From the NCBI GenBank assembly GCA_965649825.1, contig OZ287708.1:670780-734779 (forward strand): a stretch of DNA of 64,000 nucleotides, in the 5' to 3' direction. The translations under genes were made by a program, and so were the position numbers. Of the stretch, positions 15,451 to 28,044 are shown one piece after another; the stretch's first letter is position 1; each line of letters begins with the position of its first letter. This DNA is from Penicillus capitatus. Its lineage: Eukaryota; Plantae; Chlorophyta. A model generated the notes under the pieces. It did not search any database, was not told where the DNA came from, and worked only from the letters and a program-made list of their open reading frames with translations.

Positions 15451-17122
15451 ATGCCTGGGTCTGCACGTACACACTTTGGACAACGCGGGTTCGGCACTTT
15501 TCGGTACCCAGTCTGGATGAGTCAGAACTCAGACGGCAGTGGAGGAGACGTTTCAGACACAGGCATGCAGGGAATGCAGATCTAGGATATCCATAAATGT
15601 TTGTTTGTTCAGATGATGAAGATGATACCGGATCAGCAGAGGTGAAGAAACTCGATGAAGACAAGGATCTGCAAGAGAACGTCGACGAAGAGGAAGAAGG
15701 AAGAGCCATTGCCGAAGATACCGTCCGTGCCATGACAGAAGAGATGTCATCGGACGACGACGCCGACAGAGAGACAGAGGAGGATGACGGCGATGAAGAC
15801 AAGGATGTGCAAGAGAACGCCAATGGAGAGGAACAAGGAAAAAGCATTTCCGAAGATACCACCGTCCCTGCTATCACGGAAAAAATGTCATCCGATGGCG
15901 ATGCCGACAAAGAGGCCAAGGAGGACGATAAGGATGAAGATATGAGTGTGAGTGTTATGCATCAGGCGAGTTGATCGCAGTTTTCGATTTCGTGTTTTTG
16001 GAATGACGTGAAGCAAGCAGGTTGTCGACGTCGATAGCTTTTTGCAGAGCGAGAGATTTCATGGAGAGACAGTTGCTTATCAACGACGACCGAGTCTGTC
16101 GCAGCCACCCGAGGAAGAGACTGACGAGCCCGTTTCTTTGCCACAGCTCGCTTCAGAGCAACGACGAAAACTCTTCTGGGAATATATGGAGAGTCCGAAC
16201 AAAAAGAGGTCATGCCTGTCGTGAACTTGGTTCCTGAATGTATAGGGTGGTTTCGTTTAGACACCTGCTCAATCAGATTCTGCTGCCCAAGAGCTTGGAC
16301 GAAGGGGAGGAATGTGGTGTGGACAAAAGTGATATGATCCGTAAAGATGATTTTGCAGATTTCTTAGTCGATGTCCGCTCATCGCATAAGGCTGTCAAAT
16401 CTGGTACCATTCAACGGTACCGAGCCATGATCGTCGTCGGCAATTTCCAGGCAGGCTCTGATGGATGAATGCATGAAGATGAATACTCAACGGGAATGTG
16501 TGCAGGGTATCGTAGGGTTTGGCCTGGGCAAATCGGCCACGGTTCAGGGAGCCATCGGCAAAGCAACACACATCGCTTTTAAGAATCTTGTTGCCATTCC
16601 TCTCTACCGTCAGCACACCATTTACGAAGCCGCCAGTGCCAAAGTCACAGCCACCAAAGTTCACACGATTCCGCTCCTTTTCTCTCGTCCTTTGCTTCAT
16701 CCTGCATAATACAGGTGTTGATGTGGCCAAGATCTCGTGGTTTTGGCATAGTGGCAAACCCTATCCTCTACGGTTGCTGTGATTTGATTGGCATCCGGGA
16801 CATTAGCATCAAAGTGATCGGATCGCGTAATCGGTTCAACATGATCAAAGGCTTCTTCGCTGCTCTGGAGAGTGTCCGTTCCGCGATCGAAATCGCCGAA
16901 GAGAAAGGCGTTTACATGCGCGAAGTATGTCTCTTCCCTCCCCCGCGGACGCTCGACATGACGTGACGTTTCTATTCTGACGGTTAGAGCAATCTATATA
17001 AAATGTTGGGCAGGGCCACTTCAACTCGTCTAATCTCTGAATCCACGCTGACGTACGTTCCAGTGAACGTGTTTATTGTAAACAAGCTTCGCAGTTCTAC
17101 AGCCCCAGAAGTTTTGCCCTAA
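15451..17122 (+). CDS. MRPS5: mitochondrial ribosomal protein uS5m with acidic N-terminal extension
   Basis: YRAMIVVGNFQ|GIVGFGLGKSATVQGAIGKA...LVAIPLYRQHTI and GIRDISIKVIGSRNRFNMIKGFFAAL. Two GC-AG introns. Start and end approximate. Confidence 0.82.
15654..15941 (+). repeat. coding tandem repeat (138/141-bp units, D/E-rich) in uS5m
   Basis: GATGAAGA(C/T) unit starts at 15654, 15792 and 15933. Peptides DEDKDLQEN...MSSDDDAD and DEDKDVQEN...MSSDGDAD. Confidence 0.85.
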
Positions 17123-17162
17123 ATCTATCAGTGCCCTTTCCCGTTCCTCAACGTCGCGGTCG

Positions 17163-18111
17163 ATGTCGACTTTCTCTCCCAAACGCCCTGACAGCCGTGC
17201 GAAAGTAGTCGACGTTTTGTTCGCGCAGCAAGTGAACCCTCTGCGCGTCTGTTCACAGGATAGATACTCCCCGTCCGGGCCAAACGTAACGTTTACGCGT
17301 AACGCAGGTCCAAAGGAGCTACCAGGTATCCGGCACGTTTCCTTCGTCCGGTGACTCTTTGAATGACCTCTTCGTTTGTCATACCCTGCAGGAACTGCTG
17401 TGTATGGCCTTCAGGAAATTCCTGTCAAACGACCGCAAAAGTCTCGATACTCTCTGCAGCCATCCATGCATGCATCAAAGTGCTCTACTGTTGCAGAGAC
17501 AAGTTTGAAAAGTCAAAGGCTGAATTAAATGTCAAGCAGAGTAAGATTCGGCCCAGTATCAACACCAAAATGCGCAAAGTCATGGAGTCGAACCGAAGGA
17601 ACCCCATTGCCATGAATCCCATCGTGTGTCTCGATTTGGCCTGTTGGCCAGCCACGCATTCTTGCTGACGTGTATGGTTGTGCTGTGTAGATTCCGTCTG
17701 GTAGCAAGAGAGATACCCCAACGTTCCGGTCGTCTCCTGGCAATCCCCTAAATCATCATCAAGGCGAAAAGGGCGTCAATGGTGTAAGTGCCTCGTCTGA
17801 TGGCAGCGATGAACATAAGTAACTGAACACTGTTGTGTTTGTCTGTTGTTCAGAATGCGCTTCGTTCTTCGTCGCGATATGCAGCACGATTGAAATTCGA
17901 GGCCGCTCACTCGAATTCCCCAGCATCTGACGAAAACAAATATGCAAGTCAGTGGGAAGCATGTCGCAACGTAAAAGAAGCAAAAACCAAAGAGACTTCC
18001 ATTCTTCGAACACATCCTCATGGTGCCACTCAAGGACTTATTTATCACACCCGGCCGGATGGCCTGTCTCTTCCAGGACTTGGCTATGGCACCCCTTCTT
18101 GTCAGTCATAA
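17163..18111 (+). CDS. hypothetical multi-exon protein
   Basis: Five consecutive GT-AG introns keep one frame from ATG 17163 to TAA 18111. No family recognised. Confidence 0.55.
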
Positions 18112-18795
18112 TGCAATTTACATTCCTCATATACACAAGCGTCCTCTTACGTCAGTGTGTGTTATGTGAGTGAGGGAAGGTCGAATAAGATTTCCGAGTC
18201 AACTACCACTATATCCTTTCTAAATCATTCTATCCTTGAAGATAATGGCACAGCAATTGTGCATGACTTCAATTCTTTATGTTGCTCGACGTTTGTGCAT
18301 GCATCACAACGACTGACTGTCTTGCGATTTTATTCGATCATCTGCCGGAAGAAATCTTATGCTGTGGGCCTCGGTTTCGATCAAGAATGCAGCTTTGCTG
18401 CGGGCACTCTTGACAATCAATCACAACGTGTTGGCTGGTTGGCTGGCACGCAAGCATCTGCAATCCATTCCTAAATCAGAACGTTGTCGTTGTCGACAGT
18501 GATGTCCTCCTCTTTGTCGTTTCCACGTCAATGCTAATGCTGCTACTGTTGTTGTTGTTGCTGTCATGAACGACTTCCGACATAGCATTCGCTCATAAGC
18601 GTGACTGTTCTTCGTGTGCCTGCTTGCCTGCCGTATTATTGTGTAACAAGCACTTAGATTTCTCTCGATAGTTGTCCTACTTTCTGAGTGAGGATCGATA
18701 TTTCGCCAGACTGTTGTCGAAAATTCTTAGTCCATTCACTTATGAAACAAAGAAACAACCCAGAATCACAGTATGAAAGTGTGGGACCAGGATGA

Positions 18796-21700
18796 ATGAA
18801 GACTTGGGAAATGACAGATAAACGTGGAGAGAAGGGTTGCTTCGATTGGATGCCATATCCGATCGAACGCATTCCTCTGACAATTCGCCTTCATTGTTTG
18901 CTCTCATTTTGCAAGCGGTGCATTTCTGGTCGCTCTTGTGTCATCAAGCTATGCCGGAATCTGGCAATAAAGGAATTACAACTCTTGCGCATATCTGACG
19001 GGCTTTATGCGTCATGTCTAATGCTGACCGAGAGACATCAAGAAGCCGTGTTTCTGTTCAAACTAGCAGAGATCGGCAATCGTTTGCTGTTTGTTGTGAA
19101 AAGTTTTGTCATGGTCTGGGAACGCGATGTGACAGCTCAGCGTGTAGATGTCTGCCAGTCAGTCAGGCACAACAACATGAACTCCTGCCTGCACACTCAT
19201 CTCTTCAATGCTCAACGTTTCGAGGGCGCACATCGAAGACGTCATTGCGCAGCTGGCGTCCCAGACGCTGTTAGATGTTGGTCGACCCGTCGATCTCACT
19301 CGGACCGATGGCGCCATCGATTATCTCTTGCTTACCGCGCCGAGTGGCAAAGCTGTCGTCTACGAAGTGGCAACCCCAAGGGATCTGCATCGGCTTTCTC
19401 TTGTTGAATTGGCGCTGACGACACGGTGAGGTTAGATGTTATGGTGGAGGTAGCAAAGAGACAGGATGTAGGGAAGCGGAGCGGGTTTATGTATTGCCAA
19501 AGGGGCTGCAAATCTATGATGCGCTGTTTGGACTCGATTTCCAGACGCTCGCCGATCTTTCGTGCGAATCGCTTGAGACTCTCAAAGAAGACGCCCAACA
19601 GCAACGGACGTGCGAGGTGCACAATAATCTCATCGTATGGCTGGAAAACAGTCAGATCGTGGTGGTGCACATTACGGGAACCTACTGTGCCCGATAACAT
19701 CGATCACTCTCACACATTGTAACGACTGTCGATGTGTGTGCAGTTGAGAAGGTATGCTGTTCCGTCATATCGAATTTTACAGAAACAGAAACGGTGAGAA
19801 AGTGTGACCAGGGAGATTGAAGCACCACATGTTCTGCTGTTATCTAGATGCGCGTTACAACGCTGTCCACAGTGGACGTGGATGTGGGTCCTCTGTGTCA
19901 ATTGGTACTCAGTGGGCAAAACCTAGGCGTCGTACTTAAGAGTCACTGCCGTATGGTGGCTGCACGGTCTTCTCACACGATTCAGATATTTAAACTCGAA
20001 AACTCGCAACTAACACATATTGGCTATGTTCGACATCCTGGTGTTCGATTAACGGATATGCAGTTCTGCCCTTACTCTTACCCAGAGCTGACCTATTGTT
20101 GCTCCGATGGATCGATCCATGCTGTCCGACTAGACAAGACGTTTGAAAATCTGCCAATGCCACTCCACTCGACGGAATGGGCAGCACGTAGTGATCTGCT
20201 GGAGGACGAAGAGACAACAAAGTGTCTGTGCTGTTACGGGATGCATCCAAGACAAGTGCTGTTTTCCCTGAAGAACAGTCTTTCTTCTGTGCACGGAGGA
20301 TCGGGTGCGTTGTTTCGCAGAGAGGGATATCCATCGTGACGTTGAGTGTATACACAGGCACTTCCATCGTGAGTGAGGTCTTGTTGGAGTATGATGAGAG
20401 TGAGAGTATTCAGAGTTTGCAGACAACACAGTCGGCTGTGGATGGATCTACCATGCACGATCCATTTCTTCTGGCCGTCATGACGAACAAACGCATCAGA
20501 TTACACGACCTGCGCACACTTCCGGACATTCTGCTGTCCTGGGAACTCGTTTTTGATTGTCGACTACCGGACATCATGCATTTTACGCTCGAACCAGATA
20601 TCTTTTCAGGCGGGAACGAAGAAGGAACGGAGATGCAGACCGGTCTCACGCATGTGCGTGTGGGTCGCATTGTTTATGGGAGCAGAACATCGGGGGACAT
20701 GTATCAGACGTTCTTTCGAATTGGCGATCCTCAGATGGCGGTGCACATAACGCCCACCAAGACATCGCGCCGGCGATACCGAATTTCGTTTGAGAATCTG
20801 GACAAGGCAAAACGACAGTTACCTGTTGTCCACACACGTTTTCGCCAGTATCTGGATATTCCCTATCTTCTCTGCAGCAGCCTTGCTGAACACGATGACG
20901 ATATTCACAGCAGAGCTGTCCATCTCGCCAGAATTGCACGGCGGCGGCATGCATTGGATCCTCAACAGAAAAGACTGTTGCCTCTTGAAGAAATGCGCCA
21001 ATGGAGAGAACTGTTGCAACATTCCGAAGACATCTGTGGATCTGGATGGATCTCACTGCCACACATCGATGGTTATATTCGCGGAGTGCTCATCCGGATG
21101 AACGCTGTCGGCGATCTCATTATTCAACCGATGACAACGTGGTCACGCGAACGTCCTAGGAATGTTCGCCGCCACTCTGTTTCGCAATGGAAGGTGCTGC
21201 AAGAAGAGGATCTGGATTTGAGTGATGCATGTGACTGGAGAGGAGCCGATCGGCGAATTGACCTCTCCAAGTTCGATTTAGGCATCCACATTCCATCAAG
21301 GCGATGGGATGCCGTTGATCGGGAAGACGTCACAGAAGCAGCAAAGTTTCGATGTGGAATTCCTTCATATCTGCTCAGCAGTCACATCAAGCATTCTATT
21401 GAATTATCGCATCCAGATGTTGTACCGAGACGGAAGCAAAGTCTGCAGAGAATGGCAAGAGGGTCGCAGAAAAAGACGCCCTGTTTGCCAATGAATCTTC
21501 ACCGAAAGCATTTGCAGAAATACGATTCCGCAAAACCGTTTCCGGTCTCAGACAGCAGCAAAGTGTTTTGGGCAGAAGCAGATCTTGCTGCCGTACTTGG
21601 CGGCGACACAGGGACAACGCTGTGGAGCTGTGTAGAGGATCTCAAGTGGAAAATCATGTCCAAGATGCAAGGAGGCGACACACGATCTCCCAAGAATCCC

Positions 21701-22258
21701 GAATCCAAAGGCGATTCAGAACGAGAAACAGAAATACAGGCAATTGCCATTAAACCGTGGAAATCCGATGCCAAAACCTTTCGACTTATTCAAAGAAAGT
21801 GCTGCAAGATGCCGGAGAAAAGAGTACGGGCTTTAGCATCTCTGATCAGCTCAAATCATCCTGTGTTTTCACCGTCAGACGAGCAGATGATGAAAGAGGT
21901 TCTTCAACAGCACGCAGCAACATCTGCTGGAATTCGACAGACCCTTGTTAAATCAAGACCACCTTCGTACATCCCGATGGACAATCTGTGTGATGCGGAG
22001 AAGAAGGACAAGTGGGAATATGGAAGTGACGCATCCAATGGCGCAGATGTTGTTTTTCTCCCAGTGTGGACAGCGGAGAGGGGTGGAGTGGAGGCCAGAA
22101 TCACATTTGAAGCTCCTTGCTACCAACCATTCATGGAATTCCCTCAGACAGAAGAGGGAGAGGCAGGCATCCAAGAGATGCTGAATCTGTGGCGAAACGA
22201 ATGGCAAGAAGGGCACCAGGGAACGATGCACGAGCACATCGAATCTGATGCATCATAA
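18796..22258 (+). CDS. RNA polymerase I SL1/core factor subunit TAF1C (Rrn6)-like beta-propeller protein
   Basis: MQFCPYSYPELTYCCSDGSIH, YGMHPRQVLFSL and FLLAVMTNKRIRLHDLRTLPDILLSWE resemble plant TAF1C motifs. Long last exon. Start approximate. Confidence 0.55.
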
Positions 22259-22759
22259 TCTTTAATAAAAGACACCGATATACCGTTCAAGGATTCATGA
22301 CCGCACACAGAAGTGTCAAGCGAGCATTATTTTCCCATGTGTGCCGTGCAGACAAAGCAGGCAGATTTTTCCTGTGCCGTTGGATGTGACATCACAGATG
22401 AAGGTGACTTGATGTGACTGCAGAGGCCGTGGACCAGACATCTCTTCCGTCAGCATGCCAATTACAGATTAAGTGTGTCAAACAAATCAATGGTCAAACG
22501 CTTTTGTGGAGCTGTGCTCTTTTCAGCGGAACGATGCGATTTCTCGCGAACATCTCTCAGTTTTTGTTCAGCATGCGAATGATCTACACACATCGCTCTT
22601 TTCTCAGAGAACCGCCGATACGTTGGCAACCTACTGCTTCATTCGGAAAGATGCCAATGTTATCTAGTCCCTTTTGAAAGGTCTAAAACACACAACGCAT
22701 CTCGTTTCTGTGACAGCGGCCTTAAGGCGTGTTTCAGCAAATGGATGGCGTCACGATCA

Positions 22760-23106
22760 TCACAGCGTCATCAGTCCGAACGCAAAGTCCGTCATCACGA
22801 ACAGCACTGCCTCGTTGTCGCTTACTTTGCGAACAATGTGGTTGTAGTGCCTCTCTGCTGTCTGAGTTTCGGTTTGAGGATCGAGGTAGCCACTCGAACG
22901 GCGCGTCTTGGTGCACCTAGTTACGCAGAAATGGTATTTTTGGACGAGGCGCCGACGCGGAGAGGACATTACATGAGGTCGGGGTCGGACACGAGGAGTC
23001 GTGATATGAATCCCGTAAAGCCAAGTGCCGCCGCAGAGGTAAAGAATAGAATAGGGTATGCCTCGGGAACGAGAAATCGTCTCAAGTTTGTCGTCACCGC
23101 GGCCAT
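22760..23106 (-). CDS. B12D/NDUFA4 (MLRQ) family small mitochondrial membrane protein
   Basis: MAAVTTNLRRFLVPEAYPILF...SDPDL|..TKTRRSSGYLD...ERHYNHIVRK. One GT-AG intron. Confidence 0.78.
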
Positions 23107-23303
23107 TTCTGTAGGATCGAGCGTCGAACCGAAAGAATAAGCGAATTGGCGAAGAATGAAAGCACGCACGTAGATCTCGAATTTATACAACGACGGAGAG
23201 GCAAATGATGAAGATCATGAAAGCGACGTCGCCGAGGGAAATAATGACAGAGATGGTTTTGACGAATTTTCTCGTTTCGCGGAAAGTGTCACCCTTTGTG
23301 ACG

Positions 23304-24307
23304 ATGTCGAGCGCGATGATCGATTCTGTCAAGTGGCTGAATGGCTGGATTCAATTGTTGACCAGCGACCCCTATCGGTTTTCAGCGGTAGTGGTTGTGA
23401 TATCACTCCTTTTCTGGACGGTCCAGCAACTCTACGATCGTTGCGTTGCCTCCTGTGTCGTCCTCGCCCGTTCACTTGTCGTATATGTTGCAGTGGGGTA
23501 CGAGTGGTGGAATCGAAAAACAATTCTGATCGTTGGCCCTTCACGCTCCGGAAAGACCACACTGTTCTGCAAGGTCAACTATCGCAGACTCCTGTGCGCT
23601 CGCTCTACACATGACAACATCTATAGTTAACGGGGAGAGATGTTGGCAACTTGACGCCGACACACGACCCACGGAAGGCACTTCGAAAAGTGAGATTGGC
23701 ACCACATGTCGTCGCAGATGTGTGACGAGATGCTGTAGGTCGGCAAGGGATGGATGTCTTATGTGACATTGGTAGATCTGCCTGGGAGTTCTTCTCTGTC
23801 GCGCCATACGGATATATGGATAAGGAAAGCCGATGCTGTGATCTTCGTCATCGACGGCGCTGCTTATCGAGAGACTGTCCATGATGCAGCAAAGTCTCTG
23901 GTCCTCTCTGTCGCTCTCTTGCTAAGCGCGTTTTGCAGGAAGCTGCACAAGATCACAGAGGATCCTGTTCTGCAGAGAACAAAACGTGCCCCGACACTCA
24001 TTGCTGTCAATAAGAGTGACTTGGGCGCCAGAGTACACACAACGCGGTTCATCAAACACAACCTGCAGTGCGAGATGTGGGTCTCTCTGGTCGAGTCTTT
24101 GATGTTTGAATGTCTATCGAGACTGTGTGTAGTGATGACATTCGGATGCAGGAGAAACGCAATGGGTCAGGAGAGGGCTTTTCTTTTGATAAGGTCCCCG
24201 GTACGCTGGTTTTTGCATCCATGTCTTCTAAGCTTAATGCCTACAACCCCGTCATACAGTTTCTGGAAAAAGTGCACGAGGGACACCCGGCTGTGTGGAG
24301 GAGATGA
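23304..24307 (+). CDS. SRPRB: signal recognition particle receptor beta subunit
   Basis: N-terminal TM segment, GPSRSGKT P-loop, LVDLPG, VIFVIDG, AVNKSD, and C-terminal GEGFSF...VIQFLEK. Confidence 0.78.
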
Positions 24308-24374
24308 ACTGAACGAGTCATATAGGTGTTAGAATCGCATTACAGACAGAGATGATTGTGCCTGTGGATGTCTA

Positions 24375-26398
24375 TTATGTGAACGAATCTTGCTTGAGTG
24401 ATTGCGTGTGTCTTGAATGTGTGACCCATTCCGTCACACTTCTTCCATCACACTTTTGCCATGGGACACTCAAGAATCCTGGCTGATCTGTAAAAACTCT
24501 CTGTGCTTTGGAAACCTCTGTCTGTAGCGAATGCAATGCTTCATGTCCCTTGGATATAAATGCATCAATCTTATCCATAGCCTCCTGTGTCTCTTTCGTG
24601 TGATTCTCGTCCTTTTCTGCCAGTCTTAGAGTATGAGATACGAGAGAATGTATATCAGCGGATATTTCAGACTGCCGATGTAGGAGCAGCTCGCGAAGAG
24701 ATGCATGAAAGAGCGTCGATTGGAGAGCTGCTGAAACGTGAGCGAAAAGCGCATCTGGAGCTTCGATCTTGAGCAGTGGAGCTGCTTGCTTCAACTCCGT
24801 CACCACCTGAAGCAGCATCACTTACAGATCTCGACTACCTTGACTCGAATACACACTTCTTTGAGAGAGGCCGTCGAATAGGGGATACTCTCTGTACTTC
24901 CCATCTCTGTCAAGACATTATCCCATCGCTGCAGAAGCGGAAGGTCTGGCGTATCGTGTGTGACATCCTGTTTGCGGAGACTGGCTTCCTTTCGTCTGCC
25001 GACGAGATCGACTTGTCGATACTTCTCGAGTTCTTTGCCCACTTCTTGTTGCAATTCCTTGAGGCTCTCCAGACATGTGGATACAACCGAAGGCAATGAC
25101 TTCTCGAGTTTCGTTTTCACCACTTCGGCCGTTGCTTCGAAATCTTTCTGGAGCTGATGCAGCTGATCTCTGCCGTGTAGCAAAAGAAGATCCATTTGAT
25201 GAGATTGTTCCACTTGATCCTGCACCTGTCGATAGAGACCTTTCGCCTGTTTCTGTGCCTCTTCGCCTGACGAATATCCCTTTGCCATTTGCTCGATCTC
25301 TTTTTTGAGCACTTCGATCTCACTCTCGAGGCAGAGACCATCGAGTTGACTGTTGAAGCTCTCGCGGCATTCAGTCGCTTCTACAGCTGCTAGAAATTTC
25401 TGAACAGTTGACGATTGTTTCAAAGCTGCCAGTCGTCTCTCATTGGCATCTTCTATTCGATGCCGTTCTGCAAAGGACTTGAAACCGGCCATCAGCATTT
25501 CCTCGATCGCTTTTGTCTGAGGAGCATAGACTGCTACACCCGTGTCTTCTGTCGTACAGCTAGCGCACTTTGCCTCGAATTGCGATGCTCCAAATAGGGC
25601 CTCCTCACCAGCGATTTTGAAGAATTGTGTTAGACGACGGCTGTGATGAGCATAGAGACAACCCATATCTGTCATGAGTTGACTGATGACAGGGTCCTTG
25701 ACTTCTGGACAAGCTTCGATTCTGGGAAACACCTCCTGTGCTGTCAGCATTACACCCATCGGACGCTTCCTCAGTTTTTGGCTCAGACCATCGCTCATGA
25801 AATCATACATTGTATACAGCACAGATTCAAAATCTGCCATCCCGATCTCTTCCTCCTCCTGCATAGCTTTCCGCACCGATCCATTGTGCTTCGACAGAAA
25901 ATGCATCTCCTTATCCATCGACTTGATCGCTTCTTCTGTTCGGCCAGTTACCGCGGCGAGAACTTTCGATCGTTGCACTCGACTCTCCATAACGGCTCTC
26001 TGTCTCGCAGTCTCGCTCTCCACTTTGCCCAAGTCATTAGCGAGTTGCGACACGTGTGATTTGAGTCTATCGATCTCGATCCCGTATTGCTCGGCCCTTT
26101 GTCTGAGCTTCTGAATGCGTTTGATCTGATTGCGGCGTTTCTCCATGTCCTCTTGCGTTCTTTGGCGCATCTCCAGCGTCGCCTGTCTTTGGAGTTTGAT
26201 CTCGACTTTGTGTTTCATTTCTTTGACGACATCTGGTGGACGGCACGCAACAAAAAGGGCATTCCACACGTCCATCATCTCGCCTCGGCACAGAGGCATG
26301 AGGCTCTCTTTCTTGAGGCCCTGACCTCGATATCCCATTTCTTTGAGCCAACGCGAAACATCTCTTTCCGTTCCACTGCTCGTAAACGCACGATACAT
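24375..26398 (-). CDS. HAUS5: augmin subunit HAUS5/AUG5
   Basis: N-terminal RWLKEMGY...LCRGEMMDVWNAL motif followed by long coiled coils. Two exons. Confidence 0.8.
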
Positions 26399-26461
26399 TG
26401 GCGGACGTCACGATCGAACGAACAAACGAACGCATTCTTGCGACAGACACCTAGAGATCGT

Positions 26462-27928
26462 TCAGTCCCCCAAGACGACAGGTGTTTCCTCGAAAAGCCG
26501 GACGCCAATTCGAACGTGTCGTGCATTTGCTTCGCTGTACTTGGCGGCAACGTCTTCATTCGGCATGAGAATATCGTCAGCGATTGGCACTCCTTGCTCC
26601 TGAACGTATGAGGCCACAGACTGATCTCCTGAGACGGCACCGGCTTGAAGAGCAGCACCCAGAGCAGCAGATTCGGGTTCCAAAGGAAACCGTAGAGGTA
26701 CTTGGAAAGCATCGGCAATGATGCGTCTCCATAAACGATTTTTGGATCCTCCTCCCACAACTCTGAGCTCCTTGATCGTCATACCCAGCGCTTCCATCCT
26801 CTTAGACCCGTTCAATACCGTGAATGTTGCCCCCTCTAGAGCAGCGCGATAGATCAATCCCGGACGCATTGTGCCAGGAGTGAGGCCGTATAGGACGCCT
26901 CTTGCATGCGGCCAATTTGGTGTCCTTTCTCCAGTGAGGTATGGCAGAAAGCTCACTCCTTGACACCCGATCGGTTCTTTTTCGGCGAGGGCAGTCAACT
27001 CCTCGTGGCTGAGGCTGAATCCTCGCTTCACCTCTTCCACCACTCCAGTACAGCTGATAGTGCAGACCAGTGGCATCCATCGATCCGTGGCATCACAGAA
27101 TTCACACACAACACCCGTCTTATCAAGAATGGGTTTCGCCGAGCAGCCAAACAGACAAGCAGAAGTGCCCAGAGAGAGAACGACAGTCCCATCTGTGACC
27201 GCACCGGCACCCAGGGCACTCATCATGTTATCTCCTGAACCGGGCGAGACGATGACATCTGTCGACAGACCGAATGCCTCTGCCGCTGCAGGTGTCAACC
27301 TACCGATCACTGCATTTGAGTCGACAAGGGGAGGAATCTTGTCAGCCAAAGAGGGATCGACCAGATCGAGCACCTCCCGATCAAAACACTTTTTCAAAAT
27401 GTCCAGACCTCCAACTCCACTGGCATCTCCACACTCCATGCACATTCTCCCTGTGAGCCTGTAGTTGATATAATCATGTGGCAGTAACACATGTTTCAGT
27501 CGGGCGTAGTTCTCAGGCTCATTGTTCTTCATCCACAGAATCTTCGTCAGTGTAATGGAAGGGACCATGACATGGCCGAGTTTCTCTGAGAGTTCTGCCG
27601 CTTCTTTGCTGCTCTCCACATCGCACCATAGTTTTGCAGGTCGAATGATTTCGTTTTCCTCATCGAGAGCCACGAGGCCATGCTGCTGTCCACTCACTCC
27701 AATGCCCCGAATGGCACTCCGATCTTCAATTTTCTCAAGAATACAATGCACTGTCTCCTGACATGCAGCAAACCATGTCTCCGGGTGTTGTTCTGCCCGT
27801 CCCGGGACATCGGTAGAGAGCAATCCGTAGCTAACAGAGGCACGTGCCACTACCACTCTGTTTTCGTCGTCATAGAGGATCGCTTTAGTGCCTTGTGTTC
27901 CAACATCTAACCCGATCAAGAGTGGCAT
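26462..27928 (-). CDS. xylB: xylulokinase, bacterial XylB type (FGGY family), intronless
   Basis: IGLDVGTQGTKA, GIGVSGQQHGLV, RPAKLWCD, LLPHDYINY, GDNMMSALG, PYLTGERTP, VVGGGSKN..WRRIIAD. An alternative upstream ATG lies at 27982. Confidence 0.92.
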   Translation of the reverse strand: MPLLIGLDVGTQGTKAILYDDENRVVVARASVSYGLLSTDVPGRAEQHPETWFAACQETVHCILEKIEDRSAIRGIGVSGQQHGLVALDEENEIIRPAKLWCDVESSKEAAELSEKLGHVMVPSITLTKILWMKNNEPENYARLKHVLLPHDYINYRLTGRMCMECGDASGVGGLDILKKCFDREVLDLVDPSLADKIPPLVDSNAVIGRLTPAAAEAFGLSTDVIVSPGSGDNMMSALGAGAVTDGTVVLSLGTSACLFGCSAKPILDKTGVVCEFCDATDRWMPLVCTISCTGVVEEVKRGFSLSHEELTALAEKEPIGCQGVSFLPYLTGERTPNWPHARGVLYGLTPGTMRPGLIYRAALEGATFTVLNGSKRMEALGMTIKELRVVGGGSKNRLWRRIIADAFQVPLRFPLEPESAALGAALQAGAVSGDQSVASYVQEQGVPIADDILMPNEDVAAKYSEANARHVRIGVRLFEETPVVLGD

Positions 27929-28044
27929 GATTTCAGGTCGTGCTTCGACGACGGTTGTTCGAAGAGGTTGATGCACGTCCATTTCGCGGTGGACTTCGCA
28001 TTTTGGCGGTCATCTTGCTAGGCGGGTTCGAAGAGTGACAGAGG

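Noticed and set aside
15368-15919. Ser-rich - strand ORF (likewise 47413-47751, 175-696, 3462-4040)
   Set aside because: Antisense shadows of real acidic or coding exons on the other strand.
18112-18795. Gene in the gap before TAF1C-like
   Set aside because: Only short ORFs and a small (GTT)n/(GCT) tract are present, with no convincing exon chain.
22337-22680. Small + strand gene between TAF1C-like and B12D
   Set aside because: Two incompatible splice models are possible and no motif is recognisable, so it is too weak to call.
24077-24132. Non-canonical splice or frameshift in SRPRB
   Set aside because: A canonical 56-nt GT-AG intron gives QCEI|DDIRMQ in the conserved frame.
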